Assembly (NCBI GenBank): GCA_002189035.1
Contig: NEEC01000078.1
Span: forward strand, 1-37,215
Direction: 5' to 3'
Origin: Utricularia gibba
Lineage: Eukaryota > Plantae > Magnoliophyta
Length of the DNA: 37,215 bases
The position numbers and the translations under genes were made by a program. The notes under the pieces are model-generated. The model had not been told where the DNA came from, ran no database searches, and saw nothing but the letters and a program-made list of their open reading frames with translations. Position 1 is the first letter of the stretch, and every line of letters starts with the position of its first letter. Shown in pieces: positions 22,691 through 35,500 of this stretch.

Positions 22691-24299
22691 CTTGTACATT
22701 TCCTTGCAAAAAAAGAAGAATAGTGTATTGTGGATATAACTTTTTTGATGTTTCAGATGAATACAAAATGTTTGACAAAATAGATAATGAGAAGATTATT
22801 AGTGCATTAACGAAATGTGTAAGTACTAATGGTGTGGCTATTTTTACCGAATACTTTTTTTATGGATTACGTTTACCAATCTTGCCGTTTATCTTGTCAA
22901 ACCTTCATTGTATTGATTGTTTTATCAGCTAAATTAACCCCAAAATAACTAGGGTATGTTCTTATTTTCCTTGAAATTTGCAATAAACAAAACATCTCAC
23001 TTGATCTTGATTTTTTTTCGCTATTACTGTGTGTATTTATACCAAAAAAGCCAATAGCTATACGCTTTGAGAAAGGCTTGGTATTAAATTGATTGATGAT
23101 TTAAGGAGTAGATATGAGGATTGGATGACATCCTTCATATAGATTGCATTATTATGTAATTATTGACTTGATTTTCCAAGAATGATAGTAGGAAGAGATG
23201 GCATAAGTGAGCCAAAAGTTGAAATTTTTCTTTCAAAAATTAGAATTTATTTTGTTTTTTTATAAGCATCATAGTTATTTGTAAATAATTTTGATTTAAT
23301 AAAAAAATTTTGGTGTCGTATGATGAGATACTAAATAGTGACAATAAGGTTATGGAAGATTAAGAGTAATAACTAGAAACCGTCAACATACAATATAGAG
23401 ATATGTCAACGTCTTATTAATCAATGTTACCAGTTGAATGAATCAACAATGATTCCCCAATTGGAAGAAAATTGATTATGTTTGATTTAAATTAGATTTT
23501 TTGTGATCTATTATTATATAGCGTTATTTCCAGAGATATTTGTATTCACAATCTATACATAAAAATATATTAAAGAAGGTAAAAAAATTATTTTTTGATT
23601 TAACGGTTGCTCGATTATTTTTTACATTAATTAACTTTGATTCACTAGTTTAAATTATTTATCAAAATTAACTCATTATGTATTTATTTTTTCATATGCA
23701 GTATATTTAAGACCTGTTGCTAGAACATTCATAATTTGATCTTTTGAACACTTTGATATTGCAATTCAATCATCATGTGTAGAGTATAATGTAATGTATA
23801 TACTATTAATATATTTTAAAACTTACATTACTTGGATTAATTATTTTTTAGAGCTCAATTAACATGAATACTTTAATAGATCTTCGGATATAGTAGATGA
23901 ATTCAATGGATATTTGAGTAAGATGCGCGTCTTATGTCACTCCAATTTATGTAAAAATTATTGACATGCTATTCAAGAATATTTATGAATGTATAAGTTA
24001 ATTGAGGTTATATCATTAAAAAAATAAAAAATTAAAACAATATAATAAAATCCAAATTCTAATAAATTTTGTAGTCTAATACCTAAATAATGTCTATATA
24101 TATTGGAAAGTTTATTATATATTTGAATGTAATCTATAAATAAATATTGTTTATATTTATTTGAGAATTATTATTTTATTATATATATTTTTAATTAAAA
24201 TTTTATTTTATTTTATATAAATTTTATTGTATATATTTTTTATTTCATGGGAGATAAAAAAAAACTCCAATACTACTTGAAAAAAATCATAGGTAACAC

Positions 24300-24560
24300 A
24301 AATTTAAAATAAAAAAAAAGTATTTGATCCAAATAATACTGATTTAAGATAAATAAAAGGGGGACTCGATCCATATAATACTTTAGGATCTGATGATATA
24401 AATTACATATTTAAAATAAAAAATAGATATTCAATTCAAATAACATTTTAGGATTGGATGATGAATAATATAAATTTAAAATAAAAAAGTACTTAATCTA
24501 AATAAAACATTTGGATCAAGTGATTCATAATATAAATTTTAAATAAAAACATATCCTCAC
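24300..24560 (+). repeat. AT-rich ~65-bp tandem array (about 4-5 units), left arm
   Basis: ATTTAA(A/G)ATAAA anchors at 24302, 24342, 24409, 24474 and 24536. Reverse-complement homolog of 30330-30720. Confidence 0.75.
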
Positions 24561-24979
24561 AAAAAAATATACTAAATGCAAATAACATCTAATGTTCAAA
24601 TAGCTTTCTTATGAGAATATTTTTATATTCATTATTTCAATAAAAATGGTTCAAAAAAGTGAATTTCAATAATAAATAAAAATGAATATATATTTTTCAG
24701 AATTATATTTAATTAAGATTTATCAATGTTTAATAAAGGGATTTATTTTTGATAAATTAAAGTATTAAATAATATATTTAAACCGTGTTAAAAATATTAA
24801 CTCAAGTATTTTTAAATTTAATGATATTTCTAATTCTTTACTTATTTTAAATTTATTTTTAGTAAGTACTAATTATAAATTAATTTATTATAATTAATAC
24901 AAAACAACTCTATTATTTACAAGGGGCCAGTATACGTCATTTGATGGAGACGTAGTCAAAATGAAAGGCCATATGGGCG

Positions 24980-25065
24980 AAGTCTCCTGGGCTTGATCTT
25001 GGCGTCCATTTGGACTAGACAAGCGTAGTCTGGCAAACACGACTGGTCCCCAAACTTGGGCCGAC
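24980..25065. promoter_or_regulatory. Site II motifs
   Basis: TGGGCT at 24988-24993 and TGGGCC at 25057-25062, about 1.2 kb upstream of the PRH ATG. The target transcript is uncertain. Confidence 0.35.
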
Positions 25066-26227
25066 CCAAATTTTCCTCGTCCACGTTTCAAAACCTGGCA
25101 TCAACAAACTAGACGACGCAGCAGCTTCTGCGTGTATCCATGTCATACTCATAAGCGCCTGCAGCAAACAAGGAATGCATCCTTAAAACTCAACTGTGTT
25201 GCAGGGTTCTTGTATGCGAGTAGGAGACTTCAGAATCGGGTTTATGTGTAGCATTGGACAATGCAGTAGAAAAGGAAAAAAGATCACTTGATTCAATATG
25301 CTTCCCTAAGATTTATGGGTCACCCGTAACCATGTCAGTTTCTATAGAACTGGTTTCCATTCTTGAATTCTTCCATGTTTGAGGCCATTTTCTGTGATGG
25401 GATTGGGATTTGGGAATGTGATAAATCACAATCTACAATTTTACTGCTGTTTCTTCTAATCATTAATGGAATTCTTGATAATTCACAGGCAAAGGCAGTT
25501 AGTAAAGCTATTCCCAAAGAGGATCTAGAGTTTTATATGAATGTGAAAAGATCAAACCATGTCCATCACCTAGATTCGGAAAGCGAATTTCATGGTATTT
25601 TTCACACCTCCACGCCGTCCGTCTGTCGAGATATATGAAACACCAATCCCAGTCAGTCATTTGGCAAAATTTTGATGCATTAGGAGGTACTGAAGAGGCC
25701 TGTTGGCCAACCATAAAGAAAGGAACCACCGTTCTGTGAGTGAGTGAGCCGTTGCTTCAAACTTTTTTTAAGTCCCTTTTGCCGACCAATTTAGTCTCTC
25801 CCTTTGAAGCTTGTTTGATATATGCTATAGATCATTACCTTTGCGGTCGAAGTTCCCGCGGATCTTCCAATAAGGTGTAGCCCCTCTGTCTTTGTTAATG
25901 CCCTGTTGATTAAACCTCCACCTTTTTCATCGCATTCTTCTTCTTCGGGATGTTTTCCCATTTGGGTTCTTGGGCATTTTTTTTGAATGATTCGAAGTCA
26001 ATGATAGCTTCTTTTATTTTGGTTTGTTTGTTACTGTCATGTAGGCAATGCTTAATTTCCTATTGATTATACATTAGTTGATCGTGATTCTTGATTCGGT
26101 CGGCTTATTGATTTGTTTGGTTATGAATTTCTTGTAAGGTTTTGCTTCGTACTTGCTATGTGTTTCTGGGAATGGTTTTCAACAAAATATCCAATTTGAT
26201 TACTTCTGTAGATTTTGTGTAGTCACG

Positions 26228-28992
26228 ATGCCGGGGGCAAACAAGAAGGATGGATTCTGTATTGAAGATGATAACATAACGCTGAGAAGCCTGAAACTGA
26301 AACTAAAAACCCGGAAAAAGGGTGGTTTAGCTGCATCAAAAAGAGCTATATCGAATCGGTCGTACAAAGGAACTGGCAATGCTAGGCTTAAGAAGAAGAT
26401 TCTCAATAAGGCCATTGCAATCAAGAAGAAAACCTGTAAGAAGGAGCCGTCTGTGAGCAGCACAAAGGTTAAAAATAAAAGGTCTGAGAAAGAAGGCGAA
26501 AAAGTAGGAGATCAGGATGTGAATCCTCGAAAGTTGAAGTGGAGACGCAGGAAAAAGAACAGAAGAAACAATCTGGAACTAGATGAAGCTTCCCGGTTGC
26601 AAAGAAGGACGAGGTACTTGTTGATTAAGCTGAAGCTGGAACAAAACCTGATTGATGCGTATGCTGCAGAAGGCTGGAAAGGTCAGAGGTATGAATTCTT
26701 GCTCCCTTTTTACCCTTTTCACCTGATTTTTTGCTCTAAAGCTTCGTGCTTTATTTCAGTCGGGAGAAGATCAAACCAGAGAAGGAACTACTAAGAGCCC
26801 AGGAGCAGATACTGAAGTGCAAGCTTGGTATACGTGAAGCCATTCACCAACTGGATTTGCTTGGTTCAGAAGGGTGCAATGATGTTTTGACAACCGCATT
26901 GGACGGAGCTGTTCCTTTAAAAAATGTAAGGCTTTCTGTTATTACATGAAAGGATGAGGTTTGATCTATATTGATATTGCATCAGATTGTTAGCTCAATG
27001 CAATCCATTTGATTTCTTGTGGAATAAATATACGTGTGATTCAAATACATTCTTCTCAATTCATTGCTATTCATCACACTGTTCCCCTTGAATTCCCACC
27101 AGATCATCTGTGCCAAATGTAAGTCGCAGGAACCTACTCTGGAAAATGCCATCATACGCTGTGATGGGACATGCTTCCGTGCCTTTCACCGAAGGTGTAT
27201 TGATCCTCCTGTGCCATCGGAAGATAGTGAGCTTCTCGACTTGTTCTTTTCTTCTCATATGATGTCTTATCATTCAAGAGCTTGAATGCCTTGGCATGCG
27301 TTTTATGAACTTTCCAGTTCCTTCAGATGGTGAAGGGTGGTTTTGCAAATTCTGTGAGAAGAAGAAGGAGATATTAGAAGCAACAAATGCTCACCTCGGA
27401 ACCCAGTTCCCTTTGGACAGCAATTGGGAGGTATTCTTCCTCATAACCTGCTCACCAAAATTTGATTTATTTACATCTTGTGAGATAGTTTGAACCATGG
27501 AATGGTATCAGGATGTTTTCAGGGACGAGGCTGCTTTACCTGAAGTTGGAAGTTCAATGGTGTTTCAGGAAGAAGAATGGCCATCCGATGATTCTGAGGA
27601 TGATGACTATGACCCAAATAGAGTTGAGAACAGCTGTAGGAGTGATGGTCAAACAGCATCCAAGTCTGATACTACTGGCTGTTCTTCAAGTTGGCTGGGA
27701 TCAGTTGAGGATGAATCTATTTTTACATCTGGAGGAATTGAAGTGGAGAGTGTAAGATGTTCTAATGGTATGCACATTGACAATGATAACTTCAATAATG
27801 ATGAAGTGAGCGGACCCAGACAACGAGCTGCTGTCGACTACATAAAGCTATACGACGTGAGTAATCTAGTCTAGTGTTAAATTACATTATCCAAAACTTT
27901 CCCATCATGGAAATTTTGTTGGTTTCGTAGGAAATGTTTGGGAAGAATGCAGAAAATGAGCAACACAGTGAAGATGAAGATTGGGGTCCCGGGAAGAGGA
28001 AAAGGAAGGTAAGGGAGACTGATGCTGCCAGCACCCTCATGGCTCTAGGGGAAACTGATATAAAAGAGTTAGAGGGCATGGCTTCCATGCCTATACATAA
28101 GGATTCCCTTGAGCAGGTGAAAGCGAAAAAGCGGAATCTGAGGCTACCTCCTGAAGCAGTAGAGGTGGAAATAAAGGATGACTTCATCTGTTCTGTTTGT
28201 GGTACGTATACTTACTGTTCAGTTTTTTCTTCTTTATTTCAGGAACTCCGTGTTGTTTTCAACGAGAATGAGCTTCCTGAAAGGGCTCTGAGGGTCGATC
28301 TTGCGAGGCGGTTAGGTGTCGAACTTGATAAGGTTAGCCACCGGCAAATCAACGTGAGGATAATCAACAGGGAATGATCTGATACCATTGAGTCTGTGTA
28401 TAGGTCAACAAATGGTTCAAGAATGCGCGTTACCTGGCCTTGAAGGCAAGAAAGGAACCCGAAAGAAAAACTTGCAAGGAAAACCACGTGATCGGATCAA
28501 GGGACCTTGGCGCCTTGCAAAACTGTAAAAAGGCTAAAAGGGAAACTCACTCGCACACCAAAGGAAATCATAGAAGGAAATCCTTGAGGCACAATGCAGA
28601 GAATAGCCAGGTTATGTTGAGCGTACATAGACAGGCACAAGTTTCTGAAACTTTTTCATCGTGTACTTGTACTGACATGTCATATTGTTCACCACCAGAA
28701 AGCCAACCTCGACCCAGGAGATGACGTGAGCCTGAAATTTTTGAGGGAGAAAGCAAGAGAAGCGAGAAGGAAATCGAACAACAAGAGAAAAAGCAGTATG
28801 CTGAAAGCTGGAGCGGATATGGAGAAACTGTGTAGAATGAAGAGCAGAGTTGAGAAAATGCAGCAACTTCTACTTCAGCTTCCAGTTCGAAGGTTCTCCA
28901 AGTCGAGTACAGTTAGCAGCTCCAAAACCTCGATCATGTTTGTGCCTGTGGCTGAAGTGAGGGAGAAGAGGGAAGCTGCAGAGTTCCCTTAA
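26228..28992 (+). CDS. PRH: Pathogenesis-related homeodomain protein (PHD finger + homeodomain), 677 aa
   Basis: Nine GT-AG exons: 26228-26688, 26760-26925, 27103-27226, 27318-27430, 27512-27856, 27931-28164, 28243-28332, 28404-28610, 28699-28992 (2034 nt, in frame). Contains [27 protein letters not shown], a PHD finger (ICAKC..CDGTC.RAFH..C..WFCKFC) and homeodomain helix 3 [10 protein letters not shown]. Exon 8-9 boundaries are less certain. Confidence 0.92.
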
Positions 28993-30329
28993 CAAAAGAA
29001 AGGAGTTCTTTTTCAGTTTTTTTATAGTGGCGTATAGGTGCTGTTCTCTGCATGCATTACTATAGAAGATGAAAAGGGGAATGATATACATACAAAGACA
29101 TAGTTGAACATCTCTTTGTTAAAGCTGATTCTCCAATGGGTAGGGAAATTACTCTGAAAAAAAAAAAAGAAATGCAAAAAAGAAAAAACAGAAAACACTG
29201 AACTAGACTAGCAAATTAAATAATGCCTCTTAATCAAAGAGCAGAGTGCTTGGCCGAGGTGATTTTGAAAACCATGCATGCTGTTGTTTAGAAAATTATT
29301 CACTATGTGAATTACATAAACTCAATTTTAGAAAACTATCCACCTTATTTATATTTATATACTATATTATAAATATCATAATTTATATTTCCTTGATATG
29401 CGATAATGTTTATCATAAAGATAGATTTTTCATTATCTTTTTATAATATTTATCAAAATTATTTTAATTTTTTAAAATCTGTATTTGTAATATAAAAATT
29501 TCATTATAAAAAAACTGATTGATTTTTATTATTGAAAAATAATAATATATTACTTATTAAAAATAAGTATTTAAAAATATTTTTATTGATTTGTTGGGAC
29601 AACTTACGTTTTTTAAACAATAATTTGTTTCAATAGTAATTTATAATGAATATTAAACAACATTGCCATATAACTTAACAAAATACAAAAAAAAATTAGG
29701 TTATGCGAATTAATTTTAATAAAATTATTAAAATTTTATTCTGGATTTTCAAAATTTTATTATTAGAAATATCCATCACTTTAAACAATTTTATTAATTT
29801 AAAAGCATTAACTAATTTTTCACAACGCTTATAATTAAATAATTTATTTATTCAGGTTTTAATTATATATATTTTCAAGTATTCTTATATTAAAAATATC
29901 TCCAATAACACCAAAAATAACATATGTACAAATACTGCATATTCACATGAACATAATGTTTTATTATCAAAATTATAGTATGATCACTGTAATTATTAGA
30001 TTGTAGTAACTATGTAAATAATATTTTTAAATGGATAAGTTGTTGTAATTGTTCGATTCCATGTATGATATTTTATATTTAAATGGAATATCATTAAATT
30101 TAAAAATACTCGAATTAATGTTTCTAACATTGTTTAAATAGATTATTTAATACTTTCATTTATAAAAAATAAGTTACTTTATTAAACATTGATAAATATT
30201 AATTACATATAATTCTGAAAAATATGTAATCATTGTTATTTATTATTTAAATTCATTTGATTGAAACATTTTATTGAAACAATGAATATGTGAAATATTT
30301 TTAGAAAAAAAACCTTTTGAACATTATAT

Positions 30330-30720
30330 GTTATTTAGATTGAGTATGTTTTTTCGAATGAGTATATTTTCATTTCAAATTCGTGCTATGCATCACTTTG
30401 ATCTATATGTTTTATTTGAATCGAGTGTATTTTGTTTTATTTTAAATTTGTATTATATATCATCCGATCTTAAAGTATTATTTGAATTGAGTAACTATTT
30501 TTCATTTTAAATTTATATTATCCATCATTTGATATAAAAGTATTATTTATAATGAGTATCTATTTTTTATTTGAAATTTTTATTATGTATTACTTGATCC
30601 AGAAGGGTTATTTGGATTGAGTGTCTCTTTTGTTTATCTTAAATTTATATTATATATCATTTGATAATTAAATGTTATTTGAATCAATTAATTATTTTGT
30701 ATTTTAAATTTTTGTTACAC
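30330..30720 (-). repeat. AT-rich ~65-bp tandem array (about 6 units), right arm
   Basis: TT(A/G)AAT anchors at about 30375, 30442, 30507, 30572, 30639 and 30704, giving periods of 65-67 bp. Confidence 0.8.
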
Positions 30721-32449
30721 ATATATCAACCTTGTTTAGTTACTTTACTATAAAATTAATTAGAATTTGAATTTTTAATCATTCATAAAAAATAAATTAC
30801 TTTATTAAGCATTGATAAATATTTAATTAAATTTCTATTTTTTAATAAAATAACTAAAATTGACTTAATCGTTCATAAATATTATTGATATTTTGTTTAT
30901 ATATAAACGTACTAGTTTTTAAATCATGAATAGAATTATTTAGGTAATATTTATCATATAGGTTTCTACAAATAAAAATTGTGCATTTTAGTGCAATCCA
31001 CATAGTTGGATATTGTTTTTTTTCCTAAAAATAATTTTCGACAATCATTCTTTTTAATAAAAAAAGATAGATTAAAATATTTTTATTAAAATATAAAAAA
31101 AACTCATTCATAATTCTTGAAAAAAAATTGCTCATACATCAATGAAAATATATTATTTAAAAAAAAAAAAAAACGTTGCAAACTAAATAAGGTGGACGAG
31201 TATCGGTGTCATAAGTTTAATCTAAACTAAAAATAATAAGTATTTATTTTCCAAAATACCTATTTTTTTCATCAAAATACATGTGATTCTTTTGTTTATT
31301 TTCAAAATATCTTTAAAAATGAAGAGGTTTTACATAAACAAATAAAAAAACATTTCAATGAAGTTAGTGATAATATAAAAAGTGGGATGACATTAAACTA
31401 TAGGTATTTGTCCAAAAAAAAATGCATATTATAGTAATACTCAACATCTTGTGTCAATCATAACATATCAAGATAATGTGTATGTTGCCACCTTCATTAC
31501 ATGCATTATTTTCAAGCTAATCATAAATGTACAACTCAAGATAAATACAAGTATGTATATGTAAATATAATTAAATTTATAATATTAAAATAAAAGGTAC
31601 ATTGTAAAATTTAAAGTATAAAATATAACATCTTATTAGATATATAACACATTTTTAATGAAGATTTGTTTTCATCAATAATATTATTGATAATTTGAGC
31701 CTTACTATATTTATTCTAAACTTTTGTTAGCTATCCTAACACTATATTTTTGAATAATTTGTTAATAACCTTTACATTGATTAGAGTGATATAATATGCA
31801 TCCCTCAAATACCCACTTGTTTAGTTTACTGTATTAAAAAATCTATTGAAGCATTATAAATATTAGTGACAACCAAATTGCAACATCTAAATAATAAAAA
31901 TTGCAATATCAAAGTATTAGAAACACCAATCCATGAATTCTCTATAAAAGGTATCAAATACATTATATATTAACAAAAATAAATGTGTAAAGAGTAAATT
32001 TTGATAACAAATTTAAAATAATGAATCAAAGATAATCCATGTAATAAAAAATAATCGAATAGTTATGAAATGAAAAAATAATTTCTTTTAACTTTTTTAT
32101 AGATATATTTTTCATGTCTCGATTGTAAATATAATTACTTTTAAAAATAGTTCTGTATCAGTTAGGTCACAAAAGTCTTATTTATATAACAAAATAATCA
32201 ATTTCCTTTCAATTTGAGGATCATCATTTAAGATTGCTTCACATTATACCATTAATTCATGAGAAATTGACAGATTCTAGATTTTGCACTTCATTTTGTG
32301 TTCTATTTTGTGAACAATTAAGGATTTCCAATAATTTTCCCGTACCTTTAAAAAGTATGATTTGATTGATGCTTATAAATTTCATTTTATCAAATTTTAT
32401 TATTCTTTATTCATATTATATTATTGGTGATTACTTAAAGGAATAACAA

Positions 32450-33530
32450 TCACCAACGCCATGATTTTTGAGTTCGTTATGTATAAAATATATTTTTAGG
32501 ACAATATACTCATTTATGAAAGTTATATTTTTTATGACAAGTTTTACGTAATCTACATTGGATGATTTATAATCTTAGTTATATGAGGTAATTGATATTT
32601 TAAACTCTCTATATGATTTACAGTTTTTGATGCGGTATTATGATTTTGAAAATAATGAAATGCATTACATGCAATTTTCATCCCAAATGGATTTATTCTT
32701 TTTGCACAATTATAGTCTTACTAATATTCCGTGGGATTTATTTGTCATACTTAATACTCATAAGTTCACGGTAAACTCAAGTGGAGTTTATGTTATGCTC
32801 TTTCAAGGCATTCATCCACCCTCTTTATTATTACCAAATACAAGATCTAAAGGAAGTGGTGAGTTACAACAACTGCAATGATTTCTTACAAGAAAATTTA
32901 GACAATTATGTGGAATATGAATTCAATACAACCCCAAATATTAAAGGTGATTTAATGTTACATTACAACAATGGCTATGAAATACCTAGTGCGGATGTTC
33001 CTCTTAAAGGAGATCATGAAAACAATAAGTTTGAGGTAGAAGAGTGAGAACAAGAATAAGATTTAAGAAATACAAAATAGGCATCGATGGCCACTTTAGC
33101 ATAAGGGGAGATATTTCAGATGAATCACTTTCACCACTCTACGTTGATATTTTATTAGAGGGATAACATTTTTCTATAAAGGAAGATATTTGTCCAATAG
33201 CCCAAGACTTTTTTATACAAATTGGAAAAGAGTACAAAGTATTTAATAATAAACCAGAGGTGATTGCCATAATATGCAAACATAACAAAGAAATCAATTA
33301 CAAATGGAGAATCTATGGTGCTTACATAAAAGGTTCAATAAGTAGAAGATTACTAAACACATGGACCTTACACATGCAGATCGCTTGGTGTTGGTTTTTC
33401 CAATACAAAAATGTTAAATTTATAATACATAAGATTTTCAGGCTCATTTATGACACTTGAGAGATATCTTTGCAAAAACTTTTGAGTTTTTTTTGAATGA
33501 AATGGTTATTCAGAATCAAAGGACAATGGT
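32450..33530 (+). pseudogene. MULE transposase pseudogene, right copy (5' half only)
   Basis: MuDR-type domain GITFSIKEDI..EYKVFNNKPEVIAIICKH..KWRIYGA plus a frameshifted THGPYTC (33161-33380). The NDFLQENLDN ORF is shared with the left copy. It is cut off at about 33550 by an LTR. Confidence 0.75.
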
Positions 33531-33551
33531 TGATTAAAAACATAAAGATAA

Positions 33552-34290
33552 TCGTATGTTGTATATTATTTCCTCAACAAATTTTTATTTGAGAAATATA
33601 GAATACAAATAAAGCTTAGTATGAATGTAGATTTTAGAGAGTTGAGTTTTACGAAAAGTATGTTGAACTAAACTTTTACAAATTTTACGGATTTTTAAAA
33701 GGGTGTTTTGAAATAAAAATAAATATACAAAACAAGTAATAGACCTTGACTAAGAGACGCATTTCCTAGGAATGGATTCCATTTCCTTCTTTTGTATATC
33801 CTTGTCTCGACTTTCACTGATTCTTTTTGAATAGCTAGTTATAGAAGCAAGGAATAGCCTACTCTTACTTACACTCTAATTAAAAGAGAGACACGAAAAT
33901 AACCTCATGTGATTCCCCATTGAATAATTGAGAAGACAAAAGAATTGTTATCGATTGTTCTCAAAACTGAATTCTGTGTGTGTGCTCAGTTGTTTTTAAT
34001 GACGAGTAGCGGGTGCGAGGTCACTAACCGTCCACTGTTGCGGTACCTCGGTCATAAACAATTCACTATCTCCCTCAAACCAGTAGGGTTGGAGATGATG
34101 CTCTTCATCTTGCTGTTCATCAAAATCCATGAGAAGTGGCCTACTACTCATGTATCGTGACTAGAAGACGTTATAGAAAGATTGTAATATAACGCATGAA
34201 AATATGCAAAATCCGGAAGAATTTCAATATAGAACCGAGATTGATGCTCAAAACGTATAAGGAAACTTCATCTACTCCCTGAAACTAAAA
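33552..34290 (-). mobile_element. Athila-like LTR, 3' portion, same family as 18600-19991
   Basis: Colinear reverse-complement match to 19150-19991; for example the CATGAGTAG.AGGCCACT.CTCATGGATTTT block at 34122-34152 vs 19287-19317. Confidence 0.8.
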
Positions 34291-34298
34291 AAATTTAA

Positions 34299-34630
34299 CC
34301 ATTTGATGGGTGTCATTTCCACAACAAATTTTAATACTTTTAAAACTCGTAAAACACTAAAGCGTAGTATGGGTGTCGAACACAGGGAGTTGTTTTTGAG
34401 TGAAAGGTGAGGCATCCTGAATACAACTGTCACGATTTGTAAACGGTTTTGAAGGTGGAAGGTGCGAGAACCGTTGATGATGAAGCTTGAGTAAGAGAAT
34501 GAGAGGGGTTTTGAACAAACAACTAAAATGAACGTAAGCGATAAACCTTAAATAAAATAAATGTTCATGGGTTTGGAATCCTGTCCAGCTATGTTCATCA
34601 CGTTTCACTCTTCTCTGGTCCTCTCGAATA
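34299..34630 (-). mobile_element. Further Athila-like LTR 3' end followed by a possible PBS stub
   Basis: Minus strand AAAACAACTCCCTGTGTTCGACACCCATACTAC...GGAAATGACACCCATCA (ends 34304), then AATGG (34303-34299). The boundary beyond about 34460 is weak. Confidence 0.6.
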
Positions 34631-35416
34631 CTCGATTATAGTATTTTGCAATTGTAGTTACTATTTTATAATTTAAATAATGAAACTTACCGTCCATGTG
34701 AATATGCATCATTCGCACATATAGTATTTTTCATTTTATTGGGACTATTTTAAATATAAAAATACTTGAAAATATGAATTTTTGAAATTTCAATAAGTGA
34801 AGTATTTAACAATAAAATTTATGAAAAATGAATTAAGACTTTCATATTAATAAAATTGATTTGAAAGTATGAAGATTTATAATAACAAAATTCTGAAAAT
34901 ACAAAATACTTGCTATTTATTATTAAATTTCATTTAAATTAATTCAAAGAGCATAAATTGTTCTTAGATTTTGTTAAATATGACAATATTGTTTAATATT
35001 AATTTTAAATAATCGTTATTTATATAATTAAGTTACCTCTAAAACAAATTATTATTTAAAAGAAATGAAAAAATCTTTTTAAATACTTATTTTAACAACT
35101 AATATATTATTATTTTTCAATAATAAAGAGCAATCTGTCTTTATGATGAGTAATATTTATTTAATTTTTTTAATATTACAAATACAGATTTAACAAAATA
35201 AAAATAATTTCTGTAAATATTATAAAAATTATGCAAAATCTATTTTTCTGAGAAGCATTATTGCATATTAAAAAATAAAAAATTATGATATTCATAAAAA
35301 ATATATAATATGTAGGAAAATATGTAGTTTTCTAAATTTGAGTAGATGTAATTAATTTAGTGAGTTGTTTACTAAAGTACATTTTTATAGTAGGTAGTTT
35401 TGAAGATGACTTGCTC

Positions 35417-35500
35417 GGCCCACATTAAAGAATGTCTGGCCCATAACGTAAAGCCCAAGGCGAATTTTGTTCGGTTAGGTATTAAAGTGGGCTAGGTTTT
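35417..35500 (+). promoter_or_regulatory. RPL7 promoter: four site II motifs and a telo-box-like motif
   Basis: GGCCCA 35417, GGCCCA 35438, AGCCCA 35452, TGGGCT 35488, and CTAGGTTTT at about 35492. Confidence 0.7.

Noticed and set aside
22640-22932. Plus-strand ORF (..TCTFPCKKRRIVYCGY..) as a separate transposase
   Set aside because: It is antisense to the MULE arm homology, and I found no supporting motifs.
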